The translations under genes were made by a program, and so were the position numbers. The notes under the pieces are model-generated. The model searched no databases, was not told where the DNA came from, and saw only the letters and a list, made by a program, of their open reading frames with translations. Of a DNA stretch of 64,000 nt, positions 10,430 to 19,025 are shown one piece after another. How positions within the stretch are numbered: the stretch's first letter is position 1; each line of letters opens with the position of its first letter. Origin of the DNA: Sphingomonas sp. (GTDB taxonomy: Bacteria > Pseudomonadota > Alphaproteobacteria > Sphingomonadales > Sphingomonadaceae); the NCBI GenBank assembly GCA_035776635.1, contig DASTWI010000020.1, positions 3,483-67,482 of the forward strand, given 5' to 3'.

Positions 10430-11221
10430 ATGAAACCGCCGATCCGCCGCCCGGTGCGCGGATTGCCGCTGCGCGCGGTCGCGCCCAATGCGGTTACCGC
10501 GCTCGCGCTTTGCTTCGGTCTCTCGGGAATCCGCTTCGCGATCGGCGGGGAGTGGGAGCGGGCGGTGCTGATGATCATGGTCGCCGGCGTGCTCGATGGG
10601 CTAGACGGGCGCGTCGCGCGGATGCTGCACGGGGCGAGCCGGTTCGGCGCCGAGCTCGATTCGCTCAGCGACGTGGTGTCGTTCGGCGTGTCGCCGGCAT
10701 TGGTCGTCTATCTCTGGTCGCTGATCGGCTTGCCCAAGGTCGGCTGGATCTGCGCGTTGATCCTCGCGGTGTTCTGCGCGCTGCGTCTCGCGCGGTTCAA
10801 CGCCAACATCGACGTTACCGAACAGCCGCATAAATCGGCCGGCTTTCTGACCGGCATTCCGGCGCCGGCGGGCGCGCTGCTCGCGATGCTGCCGATGTAC
10901 TGCTGGTTCTCGAGCGAGCTCGACATGTTCCGCTCGCCGTTGCTGGTCGCGCCCTGGGTCGCCTTCGTCGCGCTGATGATGGTGTCCAGCATCGCCACCT
11001 TCAGCTGGTCGTCGCTGCGGCTGCGCGCCAACATCCGCTTCGAGGCGCTGGCGGTGGTCGTGCTGTTCGGCGCCGCACTGCTCACCGCGCCCTGGCAGAC
11101 GCTGACGGTGATCTGCGTCGCGTATCTGGCGACGATCCCGTTCAGCATCCGCGCCTATGGCCGGATCAGGCGGCTTCGCGTCGCCGCCCTGCGAGACGAG
11201 TTGCCGGGCGATCACCCCTGA
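10430..11221 (+). CDS. pssA: CDP-diacylglycerol--serine O-phosphatidyltransferase
   Basis: CDP-alcohol phosphotransferase motif DGLDGRVAR...FGAELDSLSD, RLARFN, FLTGIPAP; lies next to psd. Confidence 0.93.
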   Translation: MKPPIRRPVRGLPLRAVAPNAVTALALCFGLSGIRFAIGGEWERAVLMIMVAGVLDGLDGRVARMLHGASRFGAELDSLSDVVSFGVSPALVVYLWSLIGLPKVGWICALILAVFCALRLARFNANIDVTEQPHKSAGFLTGIPAPAGALLAMLPMYCWFSSELDMFRSPLLVAPWVAFVALMMVSSIATFSWSSLRLRANIRFEALAVVVLFGAALLTAPWQTLTVICVAYLATIPFSIRAYGRIRRLRVAALRDELPGDHP

Positions 11222-11381
11222 CGATCCGATGCCGCCGGGCCGGCGCCAGTCGGCGCGCGGGTGCCGGCCGTCCGGTCAGCGCCTCGGCCATGCGCGGCCA
11301 GGCCGGTATCAGCGTGCCCGCGGCCACCGTGACGATCAGCGCCAGCGCGCCTGCGAAAACCAGAGCCGATACAATCGCCAT
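11166..11381 (-). CDS. Small (71 aa) predicted single-pass membrane protein, LexA-regulated candidate
   Basis: AGGAGG ribosome-binding site 5 nt before ATG; hydrophobic N-terminus AIVSALVFAGALALIVTVAAGTLI; basic tail; its own promoter and LexA boxes upstream. Confidence 0.65.
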   Translation of the reverse strand: MAIVSALVFAGALALIVTVAAGTLIPAWPRMAEALTGRPAPARRLAPARRHRIVRGDRPATRLAGRRREAA

Positions 11382-11437
11382 GACCACCTCCTGACATCGG
11401 GCGGAACCGTCCAGGGCAATCCCCGCGCCCCGCGATC

Positions 11438-11481
11438 GTTCCTCGTTCGTTCCGTGTTTGCTCTATGTTCCATCGATGTTC
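11438..11481 (-). promoter_or_regulatory. LexA box array overlapping a sigma70-type promoter
   Basis: GTTC-N7-GTTC at 11438-11452 and 11467-11481; 11-bp phased GTTC/GTTT/GTTC/GTTC at 11445, 11456, 11467, 11478; minus-strand TTGACA at 11486-11491. Confidence 0.75.
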
Positions 11482-11494
11482 CGCTTGTCAACGC

Positions 11495-11521
11495 TTGATT
11501 TGCGTGGCGCGCTCGGCTAAG
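11495..11521 (+). promoter_or_regulatory. Putative rpsB-tsf promoter
   Basis: TTGATT (11495-11500) and GCTAAG (11516-11521) resemble the alphaproteobacterial housekeeping promoter consensus. Confidence 0.5.
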
Positions 11522-11542
11522 CGCGCCGCCTCAACCCCGCAT

Positions 11543-11610
11543 GGGAAGCGCACATACCGGTGCTCTGGGTCCGCCCAGGGTCACTGCTTCCCAGAGGTCT
11601 AACCGGAAAG
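11543..11610 (+). promoter_or_regulatory. Structured rpsB 5' leader (possible S2 autoregulatory element)
   Basis: ACCGG/CCGG and CTCTGGG/CCCAGAG pairings immediately before rpsB. S2 leader autoregulation is established in other Proteobacteria. Confidence 0.5.
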
Positions 11611-11619
11611 GAAACGATT

Positions 11620-12441
11620 ATGGCGGCTCCCGTCGTCACCATGCAGCAGTTGCTCGAGACCGGCGCGCACTTCGGTCACCAGACGCACCGCTGGAACCCC
11701 AAGATGAAGCCGTACATCTTCGGCGATCGCAACGGCGTCCACATCATCGACCTGTCGCAGACGGTGCCGCTGTTCGCGCGCGCGCTGGAGTTCGTGAACT
11801 CGACCGTCGCCGCGGGCGGCAAGGTGCTGTTCGTCGGCACCAAGCGCCAGGCGCAGGAGCCGATCGCCGAGGCCGCGCGCAAGGCCGGCCAGCATTTCGT
11901 CAACCACCGCTGGCTCGGCGGCATGCTGACCAACTGGAAGACGATCTCGCAGTCGATCAAGCGGCTGAAGACGCTCGAGGAGCGGCTGTCGGGCGACACC
12001 GCCGGCCTCACCAAGAAGGAAGTGCTGCAGCTGACCCGCGAGCGCGACAAGCTCGAGCTGAGCCTCGGCGGTATCCGCGACATGGGCGGCATTCCCGACG
12101 TGATGTTCGTGATCGACGCCAACAAGGAAGAGCTGGCGATCAAGGAAGCCAATACGCTGGGCATTCCGGTCGTCGCGGTCCTCGATACCAACGTCTCGCC
12201 CGACGGCATCGCCTTCCCGGTGCCGGCGAACGACGACGCGAGCCGTGCGATCCGCCTCTATTGCGAGGCGATCTCGATCGCTGCGACGCGCGGCGGCCAG
12301 GACGCTGCCGTGATGAGCGGGCAGGACTTCGGCGCGATGGCCGAGCCGCCGGTCGAGGCCGCGGTCGCCGAGCCCGAGCAGCCGGCGGCTGCGACCGAGC
12401 CGGAGACCGCCGAAGAGGGCGAGCGCCAGATCGACGCCTGA
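11620..12441 (+). CDS. rpsB: 30S ribosomal protein S2
   Basis: [30 protein letters not shown] and PANDDA motifs. Confidence 0.98.
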   Translation: MAAPVVTMQQLLETGAHFGHQTHRWNPKMKPYIFGDRNGVHIIDLSQTVPLFARALEFVNSTVAAGGKVLFVGTKRQAQEPIAEAARKAGQHFVNHRWLGGMLTNWKTISQSIKRLKTLEERLSGDTAGLTKKEVLQLTRERDKLELSLGGIRDMGGIPDVMFVIDANKEELAIKEANTLGIPVVAVLDTNVSPDGIAFPVPANDDASRAIRLYCEAISIAATRGGQDAAVMSGQDFGAMAEPPVEAAVAEPEQPAAATEPETAEEGERQIDA

Positions 12442-12530
12442 TCCGTCGCCGAACTGACATACGGGCGGGGTAGGGCGGCGCGCTTTACCTCGCCCGCACC
12501 CATATTCACGAAGTTACGAGGAATAGAAAA

Positions 12531-13463
12531 ATGGCCGAGATCACGGCAGCGATGGTCAAGGACCTGCGCGAGAAGAGCGGCGCGGGCATGATGGATTGCA
12601 AGAAGGCGCTGACCGAGGCGGGCGGCGACATGGACGCGGCGATCGATTGGCTGCGCACCAAGGGCCTCGCCGCCGCGCAGAAGAAGTCGAGCCGCACCGC
12701 GGCCGAGGGCCTGGTCGGGGTCGCCGTCGCGGGCACCGCGGGCGCCGCGGTCGAGGTCAATTCGGAGACCGACTTCGTCGCCAAGAACGAGCGCTTCCAG
12801 GATTTCGTCCGCGAGGTGACTCAGATCGTGCTCGCCACGGGCGACGATCTCGCCGCCGTGCGCGCCGAGGCGATGCCGTCGGGCACCTCGGTCGAGGAGA
12901 CGCTGACCAACAACATCGCGACGATCGGCGAGAACCAGTCGCTGCGCCGTGCCAAGCGGCTCGAAGTGGCGAAGGGCGCGGTCGTGCCCTACGTCCACAA
13001 TGCGCAGGCGCCGGGGCTCGGCAAGATCGGCGTGCTGGTCGCGCTGGAGAGCGAGGCGGGCGCCGACGTGCTCGAACCGCTCGGCAAGCAGATCGCGATG
13101 CACATCGCCGCGGCGTTCCCGCTGGCGCTGAGCGAGGACGGGCTCGACGCCGAGGTGATCGAGCGCGAGCGTGCGATCGCGACCGAAAAGGCCGCCGAAT
13201 CGGGAAAGCCCGCCGAGATCGTCGCCAAGATGGTCGACGGCGCGGTCAAGAAGTTCGCCAAGGAAAACGCGCTCCTGTCGCAGCTGTTCGTGATGGACAA
13301 CAAGACCCCCATAGCCGACGTCGTCGCCAAGGCCGGCAAGGACGCCGGTGCGACGATCACGCTGAAGGATTATGTCCGTTTCCAGCTCGGCGAAGGGATC
13401 GAGAAGGAAGAGAGCGACTTCGCCGCGGAAGTGGCGGCAACGGCTCGTCTGAAGAAGGGCTGA
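12531..13463 (+). CDS. tsf: Elongation factor Ts
   Basis: [19 protein letters not shown] and [12 protein letters not shown] motifs. Confidence 0.98.
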   Translation: MAEITAAMVKDLREKSGAGMMDCKKALTEAGGDMDAAIDWLRTKGLAAAQKKSSRTAAEGLVGVAVAGTAGAAVEVNSETDFVAKNERFQDFVREVTQIVLATGDDLAAVRAEAMPSGTSVEETLTNNIATIGENQSLRRAKRLEVAKGAVVPYVHNAQAPGLGKIGVLVALESEAGADVLEPLGKQIAMHIAAAFPLALSEDGLDAEVIERERAIATEKAAESGKPAEIVAKMVDGAVKKFAKENALLSQLFVMDNKTPIADVVAKAGKDAGATITLKDYVRFQLGEGIEKEESDFAAEVAATARLKKG

Positions 13464-13472
13464 TGTATATTT

Positions 13473-13706
13473 CCCTCTCCCCTTGCGGGAGTTCGAGGTC
13501 GGCCATGCCCCCGGCATGGCCTAAACAATGCGGGGCATGGTTTACCTCGAACTGGATACGGAGACTTGGCGGCTCTGCCGCCTAGTCGAGTTTGGGTGAG
13601 GGGGCGAGCCACAGGCTCGCGCGGCGCATTCGCGCCGCTCACCCTCACCAAGCTTCGCTAGCGCACGCGCGCAAGCTCCGCTATCCTCTCCCGTAACGGG
13701 AGAGGA
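13473..13706. repeat. Composite nested palindromic element between tsf and pyrH
   Basis: Outer CCCTCTCCCCTTGCGGGA...CCTCTCCCGTAACGGGAGAGG arms; inner inverted repeat GTTCGAGGT...ACCTCGAAC at 13491-13552. Confidence 0.7.
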
Positions 13707-13807
13707 GCAAAATCTCCTGCACCATATCTGCACGGCATCAGCGCTTGGCAGCCGGGCGGCGCGCCGATAAGGTCCGCGCCGCTCCGCCTCATTGCCTCGA
13801 AGGTTTC

Positions 13808-14545
13808 ATGACCCCCCGTTTCAAGCGCATCCTTCTCAAATTGTCTGGCGAGGTCCTGATGGGCGAGGGCGGCCTCGCGATCGACCCGGCGGTCACCGGG
13901 CGAGTTGCGCAGGAGATCGCCGATACGCGCGCGATGGGGCACGAGCTGTGCGTCGTCGTCGGTGGGGGCAATATCTTCCGCGGCATTTCGGGCGCGGCGC
14001 GTGGGATGGACCGTGCGACCGGCGACTATATGGGGATGCTGGCGACGGTGATGAATGCGCTCGCGGTGCAGAACGCGCTCGAGCAGATCGGCGTCGATAC
14101 CCGCGTTCAGTCGGCGATCCCGATGGCCAGCGTGTGCGAACCCTTCATCCGCCGCCGCGCCGAACGCCACCTCGAAAAGGGCCGGGTGGTGATCTTCGCC
14201 GCCGGAGTCGGCAGCCCGTATTTCACCACCGACACCGGCGCCGCGTTGCGCGCTGCCGAAATGAAATGCGACGCGCTGTTCAAGGGCACCTCGGTCGACG
14301 GCGTCTATGACGCCGACCCGAAGAAGGTTGCCACGGCGAAGCGATACGAAACAGTCTCTTACGACAAGGTCCTCGCGGACAATCTCAAGGTAATGGACGC
14401 GAGCGCCGTTGCCTTGTGCCGCGACAACCACATTCCGATCGTCGTCTTCAACATCCGCGGCGAGGGCAATCTCGCCGCCGTCCTCAGGGGCGAGGGCGTC
14501 TCGACGATCGTCACCGACAGCGCAGATTCCGGGGAGACCAACTGA
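13808..14545 (+). CDS. pyrH: UMP kinase
   Basis: [22 protein letters not shown] and YFTTDT motifs. Confidence 0.97.
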   Translation: MTPRFKRILLKLSGEVLMGEGGLAIDPAVTGRVAQEIADTRAMGHELCVVVGGGNIFRGISGAARGMDRATGDYMGMLATVMNALAVQNALEQIGVDTRVQSAIPMASVCEPFIRRRAERHLEKGRVVIFAAGVGSPYFTTDTGAALRAAEMKCDALFKGTSVDGVYDADPKKVATAKRYETVSYDKVLADNLKVMDASAVALCRDNHIPIVVFNIRGEGNLAAVLRGEGVSTIVTDSADSGETN

Positions 14546-15102
14546 TGCCTGCCTATGACAAGGCCGATCTCGAACGCCGCATGGCCGGCAGCGTCGAGGC
14601 GTTGAAGCACGATCTCGCCGGCCTGCGCACCGGCCGCGCCTCGACCGCGCTGCTCGATCCGGTGACCGTCGAGGTCTACGGCGCGCAGATGCCGCTCAAC
14701 CAGGTCGCGACGATCTCGGCGCCCGAGCCCAGGATGCTTTCGGTGCAGGTGTGGGACAAGTCCAACGTGGGTCCGGTCGAGAAGGCGATCCGCTCGGCAG
14801 GGCTTGGCCTCAATCCGATCAACGACGGCACCACGCTGCGCCTGCCGATTCCCGATCTGACCGAGGAACGCCGCAAGGAACTCGCCAAGCTCGCCGGCCA
14901 ATATGCCGAAAAGGCGCGAATCGCCGCGCGCAACGTCCGCCGCGACGGGATGGACAGCCTCAAGACCGACGAGAAGAAGGGCGTCTATTCGGAGGATGAG
15001 CGCAAGCGGCTGGAAAACGAAGTCCAGAAGCTGACCGATTCGACGATCGCCGATATCGACGCGGCGGCGTCGGCCAAGGAAAAGGAAATCATGGGGCAGT
15101 GA
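14545..15102 (+). CDS. frr: Ribosome recycling factor
   Basis: [22 protein letters not shown] and RNVRRD motifs. Confidence 0.97.
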   Translation: MPAYDKADLERRMAGSVEALKHDLAGLRTGRASTALLDPVTVEVYGAQMPLNQVATISAPEPRMLSVQVWDKSNVGPVEKAIRSAGLGLNPINDGTTLRLPIPDLTEERRKELAKLAGQYAEKARIAARNVRRDGMDSLKTDEKKGVYSEDERKRLENEVQKLTDSTIADIDAAASAKEKEIMGQ

Positions 15103-15142
15103 GCGATCCGATCGCCTCTATCCCGTTCGCGGGGGACCCGGC

Positions 15143-15877
15143 ATGAGCACGGTCCCCGCGTTCGTGAGTGGCGGCGAGGGCGCGTTGCCGCGTCACGTCG
15201 CCATCATCATGGACGGCAACGGGCGCTGGGCGAAGAAGCGCTTCCTGCCGCGCGCGGCCGGGCATCGTGCCGGGGTCGAGGCGGTGCGCAAGGTGACGCG
15301 CGCCGCCCGCGCGATCGGAATCGAGGTGCTGACGCTCTACGCCTTTTCATCGGAGAATTGGCGGCGTCCGGAGAGCGAAGTCAGCGACCTCATGGGCCTG
15401 CTCCGCCTGTTCATCCGCAGCGATCTCGACGAACTGGTGCGTGAGAACGTTCGCCTCAAGGTGATCGGCGACTATCGCCGCTTCGCGCCCGATCTCGTCG
15501 CGATGGTCGACGACGCGCTGGCGCGGACCGCCCAGAACACGGGCGCGACGCTGGTGATCGCGCTCAATTACGGCGCTCAGGCCGAGATCGTCGCCGCGAC
15601 GCAGGCGCTGGCCGAAGAGGCGAGGGCAGGGCGGCTCGACCCCGCCTCGATCGACGAGGCGGCGATCGAGGCGCGGCTGGAGACCAGCGGCCTGCCGCCG
15701 CTCGACCTCGTCATCCGCACCTCGGGCGAGCATCGGCTGTCGAACTTCCTGCTGTGGCAGGCGGCCTATGCCGAAATGCTGTTCGTCGACACGCTGTGGC
15801 CCGATTTCGACGGCGAGGCGCTGGCCGAGGCGATCGGCTGCTACGGCCGGCGGCAGCGGCGCTTCGGAGGCCTGTGA
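15143..15877 (+). CDS. uppS: Undecaprenyl diphosphate synthase
   Basis: HVAIIMDGNGRWA, FSSENWRRP and RTSGEHRLSNFLLWQ motifs. Confidence 0.96.
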   Translation: MSTVPAFVSGGEGALPRHVAIIMDGNGRWAKKRFLPRAAGHRAGVEAVRKVTRAARAIGIEVLTLYAFSSENWRRPESEVSDLMGLLRLFIRSDLDELVRENVRLKVIGDYRRFAPDLVAMVDDALARTAQNTGATLVIALNYGAQAEIVAATQALAEEARAGRLDPASIDEAAIEARLETSGLPPLDLVIRTSGEHRLSNFLLWQAAYAEMLFVDTLWPDFDGEALAEAIGCYGRRQRRFGGL

Positions 15878-16683
15878 GCGGCGAAACGCCTGCAGGGCAG
15901 ATGTCCGAACTCACGCTTCGGACGCTGGTCGGGATCGCGCTGATCGCCGTGGCGGCGGTCGCGCTGCTGGTCGGCGGGTTCGTCTTCTGGGCGCCGACCT
16001 GCATCGTCGCGCTGCTGATGATGGCCGAATGGAGCGACCTGTTCAGGATATCGCCGGCGCGCAAGCGACTTGCGCAATTCGCCCTCACGGTGCCGCTGGC
16101 GATACTGTGCCCCTGGGCCGCGGGCCCGGGATTCTTCGCGCTGGGGCTGCTGATCGGCGCGGGGTTCTTCATCGTCATCGTCACGCAGCGGCCACCGCTT
16201 GGCGGGGGCATCGTCTATTGCGGGCTCCCGGTGCTTTCGCTCCTCCTCATCCGGCAGCAGCACGACGGTCTCGTCTATGCCTTCTGGACGATGGCGCTGG
16301 TATGGGTGACCGACATCGGCGCCTATTTCGCCGGCCGCACGATCGGCGGGGCGAAGCTTGCGCCGGCGATCAGCCCGAACAAGACCTGGGCGGGGTTGAT
16401 CGGGGGGATGGTGCTCGCGGCGCTGTTCGGGATCGCCATGCACTATGCCTACGGCCTGGCGCTGCGGCTGACGCTCGCCTCGCCGCTGCTCGCGATCGTC
16501 GCGCAGGCGGGCGACCTCTACGAAAGCTGGCTGAAGCGGCGCGCCGGCGTCAAGGATTCGGGCAATATCCTGCCCGGCCATGGCGGCGTGCTCGACCGGA
16601 TCGACGGGCTGGTGCCGGTGGCGCCGGTCGCGGCGCTACTGGTGGTCGTCGTGCCGAAGCTGTATCCGCTGATCGGATGGTGA
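15874..16683 (+). CDS. cdsA: Phosphatidate cytidylyltransferase
   Basis: Multi-pass membrane protein; TDIGAYF, SPNKTWAG and DSGNILPGHGGVLDRIDG motifs. Confidence 0.95.
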   Translation: MSGETPAGQMSELTLRTLVGIALIAVAAVALLVGGFVFWAPTCIVALLMMAEWSDLFRISPARKRLAQFALTVPLAILCPWAAGPGFFALGLLIGAGFFIVIVTQRPPLGGGIVYCGLPVLSLLLIRQQHDGLVYAFWTMALVWVTDIGAYFAGRTIGGAKLAPAISPNKTWAGLIGGMVLAALFGIAMHYAYGLALRLTLASPLLAIVAQAGDLYESWLKRRAGVKDSGNILPGHGGVLDRIDGLVPVAPVAALLVVVVPKLYPLIGW

Positions 16684-17834
16684 AACGCGTTTCTGTTCTG
16701 GGAGCGACAGGATCGGTCGGGTGTTCGACGCTCGACCTGATCGAGCGCGCGCCCGAGGACTTCGAAGTGGTCGCGCTGACCGCAAACTGCAACGTCGCGG
16801 AGCTCGCCGCCGCGGCGATCCGCACCAACGCGCGGCGTGCGGTGGTGGCCGACCAGACCTGTTTCGGCGCCTTGCGCGAGCGCCTCGCGGGAACCGGCAT
16901 CGCCGTCGCGGCGGGCAGGCAGGCGATCTGCGAGGCGGCGGCCGATGCCGACTGGACGATGGCGGCGATCGTGGGGTGCGCAGGGCTAGAACCGGTCATG
17001 GCCGCGGTCGCCGGCGGCGGAACGGTGGTGCTCGCCAACAAGGAGCCGCTCGTCTCCGCCGGCGAACTCGTGCTGGCGGAAGCGAAGAAGCACGGCGCGA
17101 TCGTCCTACCGGCCGATTCGGAGCATAATGCGATCTTCCAATGCTTCGATTTCGCGCGGCCCGAGCGGGTGCGGCGCATCGTCCTTACCGCGTCCGGAGG
17201 CCCGTTTCGCGACTGGACGACGGAGGCGATGCGCGTCGTGACGCCCGCCGAGGCGGTGGCGCATCCCAACTGGTCGATGGGCGCCAAGATCTCGGTCGAT
17301 TCGGCGACGATGATGAACAAGGGGCTCGAGCTAATCGAGGCGGCGCGGCTGTTCCCGGTCCCGCCGGACCGGATCGAGATCGTCGTTCACCGCCAGTCGA
17401 TCATCCATTCGATCGTCGATTATGTCGACGGCTCGATGCTCGCGCAAATGGGGCCGTCCGACATGCGCGTGCCGATCGCGCACACGCTCGCCTGGCCGGA
17501 TCGCATTGCGACGCCGATGATGCCGCTCGACCTCGTGGCGGTGGGTCGGCTCGATTTCGAGGCGCCCGATCCCGCGCGCTTCCCTGCGCTGGCCCTCGCG
17601 CGCGAGGCGCTGGAGGCGGGCGGGGCTGCGCCGGCGATCCTCAACGCCGCCAACGAAGTGGCCGTCGCGGCCTTTCTTGACGGGCGCGTCGGCTTCCTCG
17701 AAATTGCCGCAATCGTCGCCGATACGATGGCGCGTTACCAGCCGGAGGCGCCGGACACGCTCGACGCGGTCCTGGCGGTGGACGCAGAAGCCAGGGCGGT
17801 GGCGCGTGCGCGTGTAGAGGATTGCCTCGTTTGA
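16677..17834 (+). CDS. dxr: 1-deoxy-D-xylulose-5-phosphate reductoisomerase
   Basis: LGATGSVG, LANKE, PADSEHNAIFQ and HPNWSMGAKIS motifs. Confidence 0.97.
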   Translation: MVKRVSVLGATGSVGCSTLDLIERAPEDFEVVALTANCNVAELAAAAIRTNARRAVVADQTCFGALRERLAGTGIAVAAGRQAICEAAADADWTMAAIVGCAGLEPVMAAVAGGGTVVLANKEPLVSAGELVLAEAKKHGAIVLPADSEHNAIFQCFDFARPERVRRIVLTASGGPFRDWTTEAMRVVTPAEAVAHPNWSMGAKISVDSATMMNKGLELIEAARLFPVPPDRIEIVVHRQSIIHSIVDYVDGSMLAQMGPSDMRVPIAHTLAWPDRIATPMMPLDLVAVGRLDFEAPDPARFPALALAREALEAGGAAPAILNAANEVAVAAFLDGRVGFLEIAAIVADTMARYQPEAPDTLDAVLAVDAEARAVARARVEDCLV

Positions 17835-18964
17835 CCCACAGTCCCGGTATTCTGTTCAGCATCCTGGCGTTCGTGCTGGTGATCGGGCCGCTCGTGTTCG
17901 TCCACGAATTCGGCCACTATCTCGCCGGACGCTGGTTCGGGGTGAAGGCGGAGGCCTTCTCGATCGGCTTCGGGCGCGAGATCGCCGGCTGGACCGATCG
18001 GCGCGGCACCCGGTGGAAACTCGGCTGGCTGCCGCTCGGCGGCTATGTCCGCTTCGCCGGCGACATGAACCCGGCGAGCCAGCCCAGCGCCGAATGGCTG
18101 GCGCTGCCCGCTGCAGAGCGTGCGCAGACCTTCCAGGCGAAGCCCGTGTGGCAGCGCGCGATCATCGTCGCGGCCGGCCCGGTGACCAATTTCGTCATCG
18201 CGATCGCGATCCTCGCCGGATTCGCGCTGGCCTATGGCGATCTGCGCACTCCGACGGTGGTCGGCGCAGTCGTGCCGGAGAGCGCGGCCGCGGTGGCGGG
18301 GCTCGAACCCGGCGACCGCATCACCGCGGTCGGCGGACGCCGGTTCGAGACATTCGACCGGCTTGCGCGCTACGTCGTGCTGAGGCCCGGCGAGCAGGTC
18401 GAGATCGACTTTGTTCGCGACGGCCGCGCGATGGCGCGGCAGGCGACGCTGGGCAAGACCGAATTCACCGACCGCTTCGGCAATCGCTTCGCGATCGGGC
18501 GGCTCGGCGTCGAAGCGACCGATCCGGTGGTGACTCCGGTCAGCCTCGCTCAGGCTCCGCTCGTCGGGCTGCGCCGCGCGGGTGAGCTCGTCCAGGTGAC
18601 GATCGACGGGATTGGGCAGATCGTCTCGGGCCGCCGGTCGGTCAAGGACCTCAACGGCCCCGTAGGCACCGCGCGGATCGCCGGCGAACAGATGACGCTC
18701 GGGCCCGACGCCTTCGTCGCGCTGATCGCGGTGGTGTCGATTAATCTGGGATTCATTAACTTGTTGCCAGTCCCGATGCTGGATGGCGGACACCTTCTCT
18801 TCTATGCAATCGAGGCGATCCGGCGTAGGCCGCTCCAGCCCGAGGCGCAGGAATGGGCGTTTCGCGGCGGTCTGGCGGCGCTGGTTGCGTTGATCCTGAT
18901 CGTGACGTTCAACGATCTGGGCGCATTCGGACTGTGGAGGAACCTCGCCGGGTTGATCGGGTGA
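17831..18964 (+). CDS. rseP: RIP metalloprotease RseP (M50 family)
   Basis: HEFGH motif, PDZ domain, NLLPVPMLDGGH motif. Confidence 0.95.
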   Translation: MTHSPGILFSILAFVLVIGPLVFVHEFGHYLAGRWFGVKAEAFSIGFGREIAGWTDRRGTRWKLGWLPLGGYVRFAGDMNPASQPSAEWLALPAAERAQTFQAKPVWQRAIIVAAGPVTNFVIAIAILAGFALAYGDLRTPTVVGAVVPESAAAVAGLEPGDRITAVGGRRFETFDRLARYVVLRPGEQVEIDFVRDGRAMARQATLGKTEFTDRFGNRFAIGRLGVEATDPVVTPVSLAQAPLVGLRRAGELVQVTIDGIGQIVSGRRSVKDLNGPVGTARIAGEQMTLGPDAFVALIAVVSINLGFINLLPVPMLDGGHLLFYAIEAIRRRPLQPEAQEWAFRGGLAALVALILIVTFNDLGAFGLWRNLAGLIG

Positions 18965-19025
18965 GGCGGTTAGGGCAGGCATGGCGCGCCGTTTCCGGCA
19001 AGGTGATTCCGTTTAGGGTGGGACT

